Shown here piece by piece: positions 1-8,745 of a stretch of DNA of 64,000 nucleotides (positions are counted from its first letter, which is position 1; each line of letters begins with the position of its first letter). Position numbers and translations under genes: made by a program. The stretch comes from an uncultured Pelagibacteraceae bacterium (GTDB lineage: Bacteria > Pseudomonadota > Alphaproteobacteria > Pelagibacterales > Pelagibacteraceae). The stretch covers positions 68,203 to 132,202 of the forward strand of contig CACOSS010000001.1 in NCBI GenBank assembly GCA_902629955.1, in the 5' to 3' direction. The notes beneath the pieces were generated by a model. That model saw nothing but the letters and a program-made list of their open reading frames with translations, did not search any database and was not told the origin of the DNA.

Positions 1-509
1 AATTTTATTAATCCATCTTCTAAATCCTTTTTTCCATTAAAAGGATCAAATAGATTTCCATTAATATCTGCATATATAGAATTAATTGTAAAATCGCGTC
101 TTTCAGCATCCTTAATCCAATCAGTTGTAAATTCTATTTCTGCATGACGCCCATCAGTTTTAATATCACTTCTTAAAGATGTAATTTCAAACTTATCGTT
201 TTCTATTAAAGCTGTGATTGTTCCGTGTTCAATGCCCGTTTCAAAATAATTTATATTTTTATTTTCAAGAGCTTCCTTTACTTTTCTTGGTTCAATATTA
301 GTTGCAAGATCTATATCGTCGACTTTTTCTTTGTTAATAATTTTTCTAACACAGCCTCCGACATATCTTATTTCAGCTTCCTCTGAATAACTTTCTATTG
401 CATCAAAAATTTTTTCAATATTTGTATCTCTTCTTAACTTTAAAAACCTGTGATTAATACTATTAAGGTTGTTTGTTGAGGAAAAAATTTTATTTAAAAT
501 ATTTAGCAT
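1..509 (-). CDS. cca: CCA tRNA nucleotidyltransferase / poly(A) polymerase family (5' part; runs off the window edge)
   Basis: Manual translation from ATG at 509: MLNILNKIF...YVGGCVR...DDIDLAT...GIEHGT...RRDFTINSIY, which are class II nucleotidyltransferase motifs. Confidence 0.88.
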   Translation of the reverse strand, partial: MLNILNKIFSSTNNLNSINHRFLKLRRDTNIEKIFDAIESYSEEAEIRYVGGCVRKIINKEKVDDIDLATNIEPRKVKEALENKNINYFETGIEHGTITALIENDKFEITSLRSDIKTDGRHAEIEFTTDWIKDAERRDFTINSIYADINGNLFDPFNGKKDLEDGLIK

Positions 510-512
510 ATC

Positions 513-587
513 TGGCTGGGGCGCTAGGATTCGAACCTAGGAATGGCGGTACCAAAAACCGCTGCCTTACCACTTGGCTACGCCCCA
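513..587 (-). tRNA. tRNA-Gln(TTG), CCA encoded
   Basis: Reverse complement TGGGGCGTAGCCAAGTGGTAAGGCAGCGGTTTTTGGTACCGCCATTCCTAGGTTCGAATCCTAGCGCCCCAGCCA folds as a cloverleaf; anticodon loop TT-TTG-GT, T-loop GTTCGAATC. Confidence 0.97.
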
Positions 588-614
588 AAATTTATTTATT
601 TTATAACGCAATTT

Positions 615-1448
615 TTATATAATTTTAGTTATAATACACAAACAATTATTTAATTTCCTTTTATAAATTTTCAACGCATTTTTTGCAAATTTATTTGAGT
701 TAAAATACATAATTATCGCAGATCCGGAACCTGTCATTCTCACAAAATTAGCTTCCTTGTTTTTATCAAGTAAATTTTTTATTTTTTTTAAGGCTGGGTA
801 CAATTTAAAGGCACTTTTTTCTAGATCATTTTTACCCTTAATAATAACATTTTTTACAATATTTTTTTTTGTTTTATTAAATTCAGACTTAGAAAAAGTT
901 TTATTTAATGAATATATTTTCTTTGTAGAACAACCAAAAAAGGGTTTTATAATTAAAATATGATATTTTTTAATATTTGCGATTTCTTTAATAGATCCAT
1001 CTTTATATAAAATTTTTGGTCTGCTATTTAATCCTAGAATAACATCTGATCCAATTTTTAAAGAATATTTTTTTAATTGTTTCATATTTATAAGTTTTTT
1101 TTTATAAAAATAGCTTAATAAATTCGCTGCGTTCATAGACCCACCACCCATCCCAGATTGAGACGGAATTTCTTTTTTAATTACAATTTTATATTTTTTT
1201 TTTAATGCATTATCTTTATCTAGCAGACTAAATAGCTTTGTGATCGTATTTTTTTTAGATATATTTTTTGAAAATTTTCCTTTAAATTTAACTTTGTGAT
1301 ATTTTGAGTTAGACTTACTAATATAAATTTTATCTGAAAGATTTATAAAACAAACAAGAGATTCAATATAGTGGTATTTTTTTGACTTTCCGATTACATT
1401 TAAATTGAGATTAATCTTTGCTCGAGAATTAATTTTATAAGTTCTCAT
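615..1448 (-). CDS. ispE: 4-diphosphocytidyl-2-C-methyl-D-erythritol kinase
   Basis: AKINLNL N-terminus, GHMP motif IPSQSGMGGGS, GSDV, NDLE, RMTGSGS. Confidence 0.95.
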   Translation of the reverse strand: MRTYKINSRAKINLNLNVIGKSKKYHYIESLVCFINLSDKIYISKSNSKYHKVKFKGKFSKNISKKNTITKLFSLLDKDNALKKKYKIVIKKEIPSQSGMGGGSMNAANLLSYFYKKKLINMKQLKKYSLKIGSDVILGLNSRPKILYKDGSIKEIANIKKYHILIIKPFFGCSTKKIYSLNKTFSKSEFNKTKKNIVKNVIIKGKNDLEKSAFKLYPALKKIKNLLDKNKEANFVRMTGSGSAIIMYFNSNKFAKNALKIYKRKLNNCLCIITKII

Positions 1449-1452
1449 TATT

Positions 1453-3135
1453 TTAAGATAAACCAGTAACTAATTTTATCTTAATTTTTTCTATCATTTC
1501 TTTTTCTACATCTTTCATTTTTAAAACACTATTCCAAAAATATTTTGCTTGAATTTTTCTATTAAGTTTCCATAGAATATCTCCATAATGATCGTTTACG
1601 ATAGGATCGTTTGGCATTAATTCTAAAGCTCTTCGCATATATTTCTCTGCATCGTTATACTTTCCTACTAAAAAATAACCCCACCCTACTGAGTCAATTA
1701 TATAAGGATCATTTTCATTTTCTTTATAAGCTTTCTCCAACATTAATATAGCTTTATTAATATTTTGATCACGTTCTAACCATGAGTAGGCTAAATAATT
1801 TAATACATATGAATTGTTTGGAATTAGTTTTAATGCATCTAACAAATCTTTGTCTGATTTTTCGTATTCTCCTATCCTCTCAAAACTTCCGCCCCTTCTG
1901 TAAAGTAAGTCTGCATAATTCAAAGTATCTTTTTCAATATTATTCATTACGGATGTATACAGCTCAATTGCTCTTTCATATTTTTTGGAATTTTTGTAAA
2001 TAGTCGCAAGATCGAATAAAACTTTTGTAGACGGATTTTTTATATTCTTAAAATTTGTTTCAATATATTTTAAGGCTTCACTTTTATTTTTTTTTTCAGT
2101 AATTATTTTTCCTTCCTGCTTAATTTTGAACCAGTAATAAAGATCATCTTTTGAGTCAAATAATTTTAAAACTTTTAAACTTTGGTCATAATTTTCATTA
2201 AGGTAATAGTTATCTGCCATTAAAGACAAATTTATTTTAAATTTTTTATTTAAAAAGTATGAGATATTTAAATAAAAATTTGAATGTTCATATTCATCTT
2301 GGGATGAATATAAATTTGACACTAAGTAAAAAAACTCAGCCAAAATATCATTTTCATTTTTACAAGAAAAAATTCCTTTAATTTCATTTAATTCACTTTT
2401 ATCAATCCATGATTTTGTTTGTAAAATTATTAAGTTACTCGATAACTCATCTATTTTTAATGCAATTTCTTTAACTAAATTAAATCTTTTTTCATGTACA
2501 AGATAATTTACATAAAAAAATAAATATCTAGAATAATCAGCCGCATCTGAACTTTGTAGCCTATCAAAGTATTCTAAAGTTTTTGGATTATTTAAGTAAC
2601 AACTTTGAAATGCATTATTTATGGCAATTAAATTACCAAAATTAGATTTAAAATTACTCATTTTTTTTTCTTCAAATGTAAATGCATAGTCTCTTAGGGT
2701 TTCATGGATAACTTTCTCGAAAGTTCCTTCTTCAGTGTATTCAGCTAATGAGTCAAGATATAATTTGGTTTTACTAAAATTTTTTTTATTAATACTATCT
2801 ATTAATAAAAGCAATTGAGCCTCAAAAAATTCTGTTTGATTTTTATTTTTTAAAAACTTTATTTCTTGGATGGCCCTATCTACATTTTGATTTAGCACAA
2901 ATGAGAAAATCAACTTTTTAAAATACTCTTCATGTTTGTTTAATAATTGTTTCGAAGATTTAAAATATTTAAGGGCTTGCTCATTTTTTTGATTATTATA
3001 AGAAATAACTCCAGAAAAATAATTAGATAATTCTTTAGAATTAAAATCTTTTGAATAGATATTTTTTGATTTCGCCTCGAGGGTGAAAAAAATAAAAAAT
3101 ATAGTGAAGATTATTTTTAGGTTTTTTGTTATCAT
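1453..3135 (-). CDS. Exported tetratricopeptide-repeat protein
   Basis: Signal peptide; C-terminal TPRs (VLNYLAYSW, YIIDSVGW, VNDHYGDILW), typical of the TPR gene upstream of ispE. Confidence 0.88.
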   Translation of the reverse strand: MITKNLKIIFTIFFIFFTLEAKSKNIYSKDFNSKELSNYFSGVISYNNQKNEQALKYFKSSKQLLNKHEEYFKKLIFSFVLNQNVDRAIQEIKFLKNKNQTEFFEAQLLLLIDSINKKNFSKTKLYLDSLAEYTEEGTFEKVIHETLRDYAFTFEEKKMSNFKSNFGNLIAINNAFQSCYLNNPKTLEYFDRLQSSDAADYSRYLFFYVNYLVHEKRFNLVKEIALKIDELSSNLIILQTKSWIDKSELNEIKGIFSCKNENDILAEFFYLVSNLYSSQDEYEHSNFYLNISYFLNKKFKINLSLMADNYYLNENYDQSLKVLKLFDSKDDLYYWFKIKQEGKIITEKKNKSEALKYIETNFKNIKNPSTKVLFDLATIYKNSKKYERAIELYTSVMNNIEKDTLNYADLLYRRGGSFERIGEYEKSDKDLLDALKLIPNNSYVLNYLAYSWLERDQNINKAILMLEKAYKENENDPYIIDSVGWGYFLVGKYNDAEKYMRRALELMPNDPIVNDHYGDILWKLNRKIQAKYFWNSVLKMKDVEKEMIEKIKIKLVTGLS

Positions 3136-3141
3136 TTAAAA

Positions 3142-3831
3142 ATGGTCAATAAAGAAATCTTAAATCAAGAGTTTTTAAAATCAATAGAATCTGAGTATAT
3201 TTTTGATAATGCGCCTATTAATCGCTTTAAAAAAAATAAAGAAAATGATGATGCTAGCGAAAGGTTAATTTGTTTAAAGGATAAAATAAAATCAATTCAG
3301 GATTGTGAGCTTAAAAAGTTTGCAAAAAATTTAGTTTTCAGTGATGGCAATCCAAAAAGCCAAATCATGATAGTTGGCGAAGGTCCAGGAGAAAAAGAGG
3401 ATCTGCTAGGTAAACCATTTGTTGGCGAAGCTGGTATGTTGCTCAATAAAATGTTAAATGCAATTAAAATTAAGAGAGAAAATATTTATATAACAAATGT
3501 TGTTAACTATAGACCTCCTAATAATAGAAAACCAGAGTTTTCAGAAATCAAAAGATATTCAGTTTTTTTGCGTGAACATATTTCAATTATAAACCCAAAA
3601 ATATTGATATTAATGGGTAGCACAGCTATGGAAGCTTTATTAGGTCAAAAACTTAAAATCTCTAAAGAAAGGGGTAAATGGAAAGAAATTATAATTAACC
3701 AAAAAACTTTTATAACCATTCTTACTTTTCATCCAGCTTATTTATTAAGACAGCCTGATCAAAAAAAATTTTCTTGGGAAGATTTAAAAAATATTAGAAA
3801 AAAAATCGATGAATTAAACATTAAGGTCTAA
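3142..3831 (+). CDS. Uracil-DNA glycosylase family 4
   Basis: GEGPG, PFVGEAG, YITNVV..RPPNNR, TFHPAYLLR motifs. Confidence 0.92.
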   Translation: MVNKEILNQEFLKSIESEYIFDNAPINRFKKNKENDDASERLICLKDKIKSIQDCELKKFAKNLVFSDGNPKSQIMIVGEGPGEKEDLLGKPFVGEAGMLLNKMLNAIKIKRENIYITNVVNYRPPNNRKPEFSEIKRYSVFLREHISIINPKILILMGSTAMEALLGQKLKISKERGKWKEIIINQKTFITILTFHPAYLLRQPDQKKFSWEDLKNIRKKIDELNIKV

Positions 3832-4412
3832 TGAAAAAAGCGATTGCTGGAGTTGATGAAGTTGGAAGGGGAAGTTTAGTGGGTCCAGTTTTTGCAGCTA
3901 CAGTAATATTTAAAAAAAATTTAGATAAAAAAAAAATTAAAGATTCAAAGCAACTTTCAAAGAATCAAAGAAATTTATTAGAAAAATACATTAAAAAAAA
4001 TAGTATTTGGACAATTGGCTCTGCCTCGCTAAAAGAAATCGAAGAGTTAAACATACTGAATGCAACCTTATTAGCGATGAAAAGATCTATAAAAAAGCTA
4101 AAATCTAAATCATACTTAATAAAGATTGATGGAAATAAGTTGCCAACGATGAACGGTTATAAATTAAAATCTGTTATCAGAGGTGATCAAAAAGTTCCCG
4201 AAATTTCTGCAGCATCTATTATTGCTAAAGTATCGAGAGATAGGCTTATTTCAAAAATGTCAAAAAAGTTTACAAAATATGCTTGGAGTAAAAATTCAGG
4301 CTACGGCACAAAACAACATTTGAGAGCAATTAAAAAATTTGGTATTACAAAGCATCATAGAAAAACATTTGGCCCTATACACAATATATTGAGTCATAAA
4401 AAAACTAAATAA
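3831..4412 (+). CDS. rnhB: Ribonuclease HII
   Basis: GVDEVGRG, DSKQLS, IDG, ISAASIIAKV, GYGTKQH. Confidence 0.96.
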   Translation: MKKAIAGVDEVGRGSLVGPVFAATVIFKKNLDKKKIKDSKQLSKNQRNLLEKYIKKNSIWTIGSASLKEIEELNILNATLLAMKRSIKKLKSKSYLIKIDGNKLPTMNGYKLKSVIRGDQKVPEISAASIIAKVSRDRLISKMSKKFTKYAWSKNSGYGTKQHLRAIKKFGITKHHRKTFGPIHNILSHKKTK

Positions 4413-4471
4413 CAAGAAGAGTCCTTTTTTTTCAATCACTGGTTGACGAAGATTCAGGTCTGGAGTCTAAT
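4391..4471 (+). promoter_or_regulatory. Candidate ccrM promoter region with four GANTC sites and an inverted repeat
   Basis: GAGTC 4391, GAGTC 4419, GATTC 4451, GAGTC 4463; TTGACG(4443)-17 nt-TCTAAT(4466). Confidence 0.6.
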
Positions 4472-4484
4472 TAAATTTTATAAA

Positions 4485-5558
4485 ATGATAATTAAGAATT
4501 TACACAATAAAATTATTAATGGGGATAGTCTTAAAGAACTTAGAAAAATCCCTGATGAAACATTTGATTTAATCTTTGCAGATCCTCCGTATAATTTACA
4601 ATTACAAAATAGTTTGGTTAGACCAGATAGATCAAAAGTAAATGCAGTAAATGATAAATGGGATCAGTTCGATAGTTTTAAAACATATGATAAATTTACT
4701 ACAAATTGGCTTAGCGAATGTAAAAGAATATTAAAAAAAAATGGATCAATTTGGGTTATTGGAAGCTATCATAATATATTTAGAGTGGGAAAAATAATTC
4801 AAGACTTAGGTTTTTGGATATTAAATGATGTAATCTGGAATAAAAATAATCCAATGCCAAACTTTAGAGGGACTAGATTTACAAATGCTCATGAAACTTT
4901 AATATGGGCATCGAAAAATAAAAAATCAAAATATACATTCAATTATCAGTCAATGAAATCTTTTAATGATGACTTGCAAATGAGATCAACATGGAATTTG
5001 CCAATATGTAATGGTAAAGAAAGATTAAAAAATAACGGAGTAAAGGTTCATTCTACTCAAAAACCAGAAGCCTTAATTCATAGAATTGTATTAGCCTCTT
5101 CAAATAAAAATGATTTTATATTAGATCCTTTTTTAGGATCTGGAACAACAGCAGTAGTTTCAAAAAAGCTTAGCAGGTCTTATTGCGGGATTGAGAAAGA
5201 AAAAATTTATTATGAAGCTGCAAATAATAGATTGCAAAATACTAAACAAATTAAGGATGAATATTTAGATGTAGTTCAAAATAATAAATCAAAACCAAGA
5301 ATTCCTTTTGGGTCATTAATTGAATTGGGTGTAATTAAACCTGGGGTAGAAATCTATGATAAAAAAAAACAAATTTATGCCAAGGTTATGGTTGATGGAA
5401 GTATAAAGCATAAACAGAATGAAGGATCAATTCATAAAGTTGCTGCTAAAATATTAGGATCTGAAAGCTGTAACGGCTGGACTTATTGGCATTATCAGTC
5501 AGGAAAAATCCTAAAACCAATCGATGATCTTAGACAACGCTTAAGGCCAAGGGGTTAA
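4485..5558 (+). CDS. ccrM: CcrM-type adenine DNA methyltransferase (GANTC)
   Basis: DPPYNL, NPMPNFRGTRFTNAHETLIW, HSTQKPE, DPFLGSGTT, C-terminal CNGWTYWH; ATG at 4485 preferred over the upstream TTG; no restriction partner nearby. Confidence 0.93.
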   Translation: MIIKNLHNKIINGDSLKELRKIPDETFDLIFADPPYNLQLQNSLVRPDRSKVNAVNDKWDQFDSFKTYDKFTTNWLSECKRILKKNGSIWVIGSYHNIFRVGKIIQDLGFWILNDVIWNKNNPMPNFRGTRFTNAHETLIWASKNKKSKYTFNYQSMKSFNDDLQMRSTWNLPICNGKERLKNNGVKVHSTQKPEALIHRIVLASSNKNDFILDPFLGSGTTAVVSKKLSRSYCGIEKEKIYYEAANNRLQNTKQIKDEYLDVVQNNKSKPRIPFGSLIELGVIKPGVEIYDKKKQIYAKVMVDGSIKHKQNEGSIHKVAAKILGSESCNGWTYWHYQSGKILKPIDDLRQRLRPRG

Positions 5559-6688
5559 TTATTATAAACTTTTCCTAAATAACTTTCTAAAAATTTCTTG
5601 TTTTTAGAAAGATATTTTAAAAAAATGTTTCTTAAGAAAATATTTAAAGGATTTGATAAATGAAATGCAAAAAGATTAAATTTAGATCTTGAAATTATTT
5701 GTTTAGTTCTTGAAACTCTTTTTTCATAATAACTTGATGCATTGTTTTGTAAATCATTAATGAGCTCATTTGCAGACTCTATTGATTGCGACGCGCCCTG
5801 AGCAAATGAAGGTGGAAATGAGTAAAATGCATCCCCAGTTAAAAAAATATTATTTGAGTGAGGTATTTGAAATCTCTTGCTCACAAAAATTGGAAAACAT
5901 TTAATTTTTTCAAGCTGGCTAAATAGATTGAGATTTGATTTAGTAGAAATTTGGTTTAATAGATTTTTCTTAAAATTGTAGTCTTCCAATAAATCTGTAT
6001 TATTTATTTCCTTTTTTATTAATCCTTTTCTTATAATTGCTATAAAATTAAATTCATTATTTTGATTAACAGGATAAATCACAAAATGAAAATTTGATCC
6101 TAAATATAAAGAAATATCAGAGCTATTAAAATCTCTTATAGTTCCTCTTAAAGCGATTGTATCAAAGTACTCTGGCAAACCTTCTGTTTTAAATAATATT
6201 TGTTTTGTTTTCGAATAAATACCGTCAGCTGATACCAAATAATCGAATTCATCAGTTTTTTTATCTGAAAATAAAAGTGATATTTTATCTCCTTGTTTAA
6301 TACCTTTAAGTTCACAATTAAAAGTTAACTTATCTTTTGGAATCCCGTCTAGAAGAAATTTAATTAAATTTGATCTTTTTAAAGTGGTATAACGATTATT
6401 CTCATCATTAAATTTAGATAAATCAATATCGCATATTTTTTTGGAGTCGTGTGCATTTAAGAAATTAACTTTTTTTGGAAAATAAAGTTGACTTTTACTA
6501 AATTTGCTAAAGCCAATATTATTAAGTAATTTAATACTATTAACAGACAATTGTATTCCATATCCATCATTTAGATCTATTGAATTTTTTCTTTCAAATA
6601 TTTTGTAGGAATAAAATTTATTTTTTTCTAATAAATTTGCAAAAAATAAACCAGAGATACCTGCTCCTATGATCGCAATTTTTTTCAT
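5555..6688 (-). CDS. FAD-dependent monooxygenase (salicylate hydroxylase/UbiH-like fold), substrate unknown
   Basis: GAGISG, SADGIYS, GDAFY..PPSFAQGASQSIE flavoprotein hydroxylase motifs. Confidence 0.85.
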   Translation of the reverse strand: MKKIAIIGAGISGLFFANLLEKNKFYSYKIFERKNSIDLNDGYGIQLSVNSIKLLNNIGFSKFSKSQLYFPKKVNFLNAHDSKKICDIDLSKFNDENNRYTTLKRSNLIKFLLDGIPKDKLTFNCELKGIKQGDKISLLFSDKKTDEFDYLVSADGIYSKTKQILFKTEGLPEYFDTIALRGTIRDFNSSDISLYLGSNFHFVIYPVNQNNEFNFIAIIRKGLIKKEINNTDLLEDYNFKKNLLNQISTKSNLNLFSQLEKIKCFPIFVSKRFQIPHSNNIFLTGDAFYSFPPSFAQGASQSIESANELINDLQNNASSYYEKRVSRTKQIISRSKFNLFAFHLSNPLNIFLRNIFLKYLSKNKKFLESYLGKVYNN

Positions 6689-7677
6689 TCAAGGTGGGGT
6701 AAAGAATTTAATATTTTTTTTGTAAACGAAGGTAAAATAAATTTACTAAAGTTTGATTTATCTAAAAGAAGACTATTTTTAATGATTTTTTTTTTATTAT
6801 TTTTGTTAATAATTATTTTCATGTTCATATTAGATAATTTAACATTTATTTTCTTATCGATCGATAATTGAAATTTTTCTTTTTTAATTTCATTCATAGG
6901 AAAAATAACTAAATTTTTCAAAAAATTAAATTTTTTATTTTTTATTAATAAATATTTATTTTTATGTTTATAGACATTAGCCTCAAAATATTTAGTTTTA
7001 TTTACTTTATTTTTAGTAGTTATTGCAAAATCTCTTTTTTTATAAGCTTTGCAATAATTAATTAATGGACATGAAGTGCATATTGGTAATATAGGTCTAC
7101 AAATCAATGCACCTATTTCCATTATAGCTTGGGCATAATCACTTGGTCTTTTTGAAATTGAAAAAAAAGTTTTTTTCTCAATTAAATTTTTTTTAGATAT
7201 TTGATCTTTGTTTTTTAATAAGAAAATTCTTTTTAATATCCTTTCAACATTTCCATCCATTGGAATATAGGGTTGATTATGCGCGATAGATAAAATTGAT
7301 CTTGATGTATATTCACCAATACCAGGAAGAGCCTTAAGTTTCTCTATATCTTTGGGTAAACTTCCACGATGCTCCAATAGCAATTTAGTAGCTGTCTTTT
7401 TTAAGTTTTTTGCTCTTGAGTAATAACCAAGTCCCTCCCAGTATTTAAGTACCTCACTTTCATCTGCGCCTGCTAGAGATTTAAGACTTGGAAATTTTTT
7501 TATAAATCTTATAAAGAATGGAATAACAGTTTTTACCTGAGTTTGTTGCAACATAAACTCACTTACTAATGTAAAATACTCATGTTGTTTTTTTGTACTT
7601 TTTCTTCTCCATGGTAAAGATCTTTTATTATTATCGTACCAATGTAGAATTTTTTTTGGTATGTTCTGTTTATTCAT
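6685..7677 (-). CDS. mutY: A/G-specific adenine glycosylase
   Basis: VSEFMLQQTQV, WEGLGYYSRA, HhH LPGIGEYT, DGNV, C-x6-C-x2-C-x5-C; start at ATG 7677 chosen to avoid overlap. Confidence 0.94.
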   Translation of the reverse strand: MNKQNIPKKILHWYDNNKRSLPWRRKSTKKQHEYFTLVSEFMLQQTQVKTVIPFFIRFIKKFPSLKSLAGADESEVLKYWEGLGYYSRAKNLKKTATKLLLEHRGSLPKDIEKLKALPGIGEYTSRSILSIAHNQPYIPMDGNVERILKRIFLLKNKDQISKKNLIEKKTFFSISKRPSDYAQAIMEIGALICRPILPICTSCPLINYCKAYKKRDFAITTKNKVNKTKYFEANVYKHKNKYLLIKNKKFNFLKNLVIFPMNEIKKEKFQLSIDKKINVKLSNMNMKIIINKNNKKKIIKNSLLLDKSNFSKFILPSFTKKILNSLPHLE

Positions 7678-8160
7678 ATGCAACATAAATTTAATTCTAA
7701 GCAGAGATATAGATCCATTCAAGGGCTAAGATCTTTTAAAGATACTTTACCAACAAAAGTTAAAAAAATTTTAAAAAAGAAGGGCTATATATTTTCAGAA
7801 ACTCTTGATAATTGGAGGTACATTGTAGGGGATGAATTATTCAAGGTTTGTTACCCAAAATCGTTCAAAAATTCGAATAAATTAAGCTCAAGTACTCTTA
7901 GCATTATGGTCAAAAGAGGACATGCAGTTGAAATGGAATATTCAAAAAATGAGATTATTAAAAAAATGAATACATACTTTAATGACAGAGTAGTTGAAAA
8001 AATTAAATTAATTACTTTTGACGGCAATCAGCAAATTTTCAGGAAAGAAATGAAAAAAGATGTGACAAAAAATCAATATGCAAAAAAAATCACAAATATT
8101 AAAAATGAAAAAATTAAAAATTCATTACTTGAATTAAGTAAATTATTTAAAAAACAATGA
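7678..8160 (+). CDS. dciA: DUF721 / DciA family protein
   Basis: W..IVG motif, size, and conserved mutY/DUF721-dsbA-smc order in alphaproteobacteria. Confidence 0.75.
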   Translation: MQHKFNSKQRYRSIQGLRSFKDTLPTKVKKILKKKGYIFSETLDNWRYIVGDELFKVCYPKSFKNSNKLSSSTLSIMVKRGHAVEMEYSKNEIIKKMNTYFNDRVVEKIKLITFDGNQQIFRKEMKKDVTKNQYAKKITNIKNEKIKNSLLELSKLFKKQ

Positions 8161-8738
8161 AAAATATAATCTTAACTTTCTTAATATATTTTTTTCTTAA
8201 TCATGGCGTAATTGCCAATGATCAAATAAAACCTATCATTGAAGGAAACATAAATGCTAAAGTAAAAATAGTAGTTTATGAGTCCCTTACTTGCTCACAC
8301 TGTGCGAACTTCCACAAAGATGTCTATCCAAAACTTAAGGAGAAATTTTTAGATAAAGGTTTAGTTTCGATAGAATTTAAAAATTTTCCATTGGATATTG
8401 CGGCTTTAAACGCCTCAAAATTGGCGCACTGTAAAAATGATGGTAAAACAAATATCCTTCATTTTTTATATTTAAAGCAAGAAGAATGGCTAGAAGGAAG
8501 TACTATTGAAAAATTAAATTCAAATTTAAAAGATGTCATTAAAGATCAAAATTTTAATTTAAATTTTGACAGTTGTATAGCGGATAAAAATATTGAGGAT
8601 CACATACTGGAAGATCGAATCGAGGGTGCAAAAAAATACAAAATAAATGCTACTCCTACGATAATAATCAATAATAAAAAGTTTGAAAAACCTTTAAACT
8701 TTAAAAATTTGAAAAAAGCTCTTGAAAAGCTGATATAG
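8157..8738 (+). CDS. DsbA-family thiol-disulfide oxidoreductase
   Basis: Signal peptide, SLTCSHCA, FPLD, cis-Pro ATPT. Confidence 0.92.
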   Translation: MKNIILTFLIYFFLNHGVIANDQIKPIIEGNINAKVKIVVYESLTCSHCANFHKDVYPKLKEKFLDKGLVSIEFKNFPLDIAALNASKLAHCKNDGKTNILHFLYLKQEEWLEGSTIEKLNSNLKDVIKDQNFNLNFDSCIADKNIEDHILEDRIEGAKKYKINATPTIIINNKKFEKPLNFKNLKKALEKLI

Positions 8739-8745
8739 TCTCCGA

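Noticed and set aside
513-614. tRNA as an integration site for an island
   Set aside because: Flanked by core genes; no integrase, and no duplicated tRNA 3' end was noticed in the window
4485-5558. Possible restriction-modification or defence system
   Set aside because: Orphan CcrM-type methylase in conserved rnhB context, with no nuclease or specificity gene
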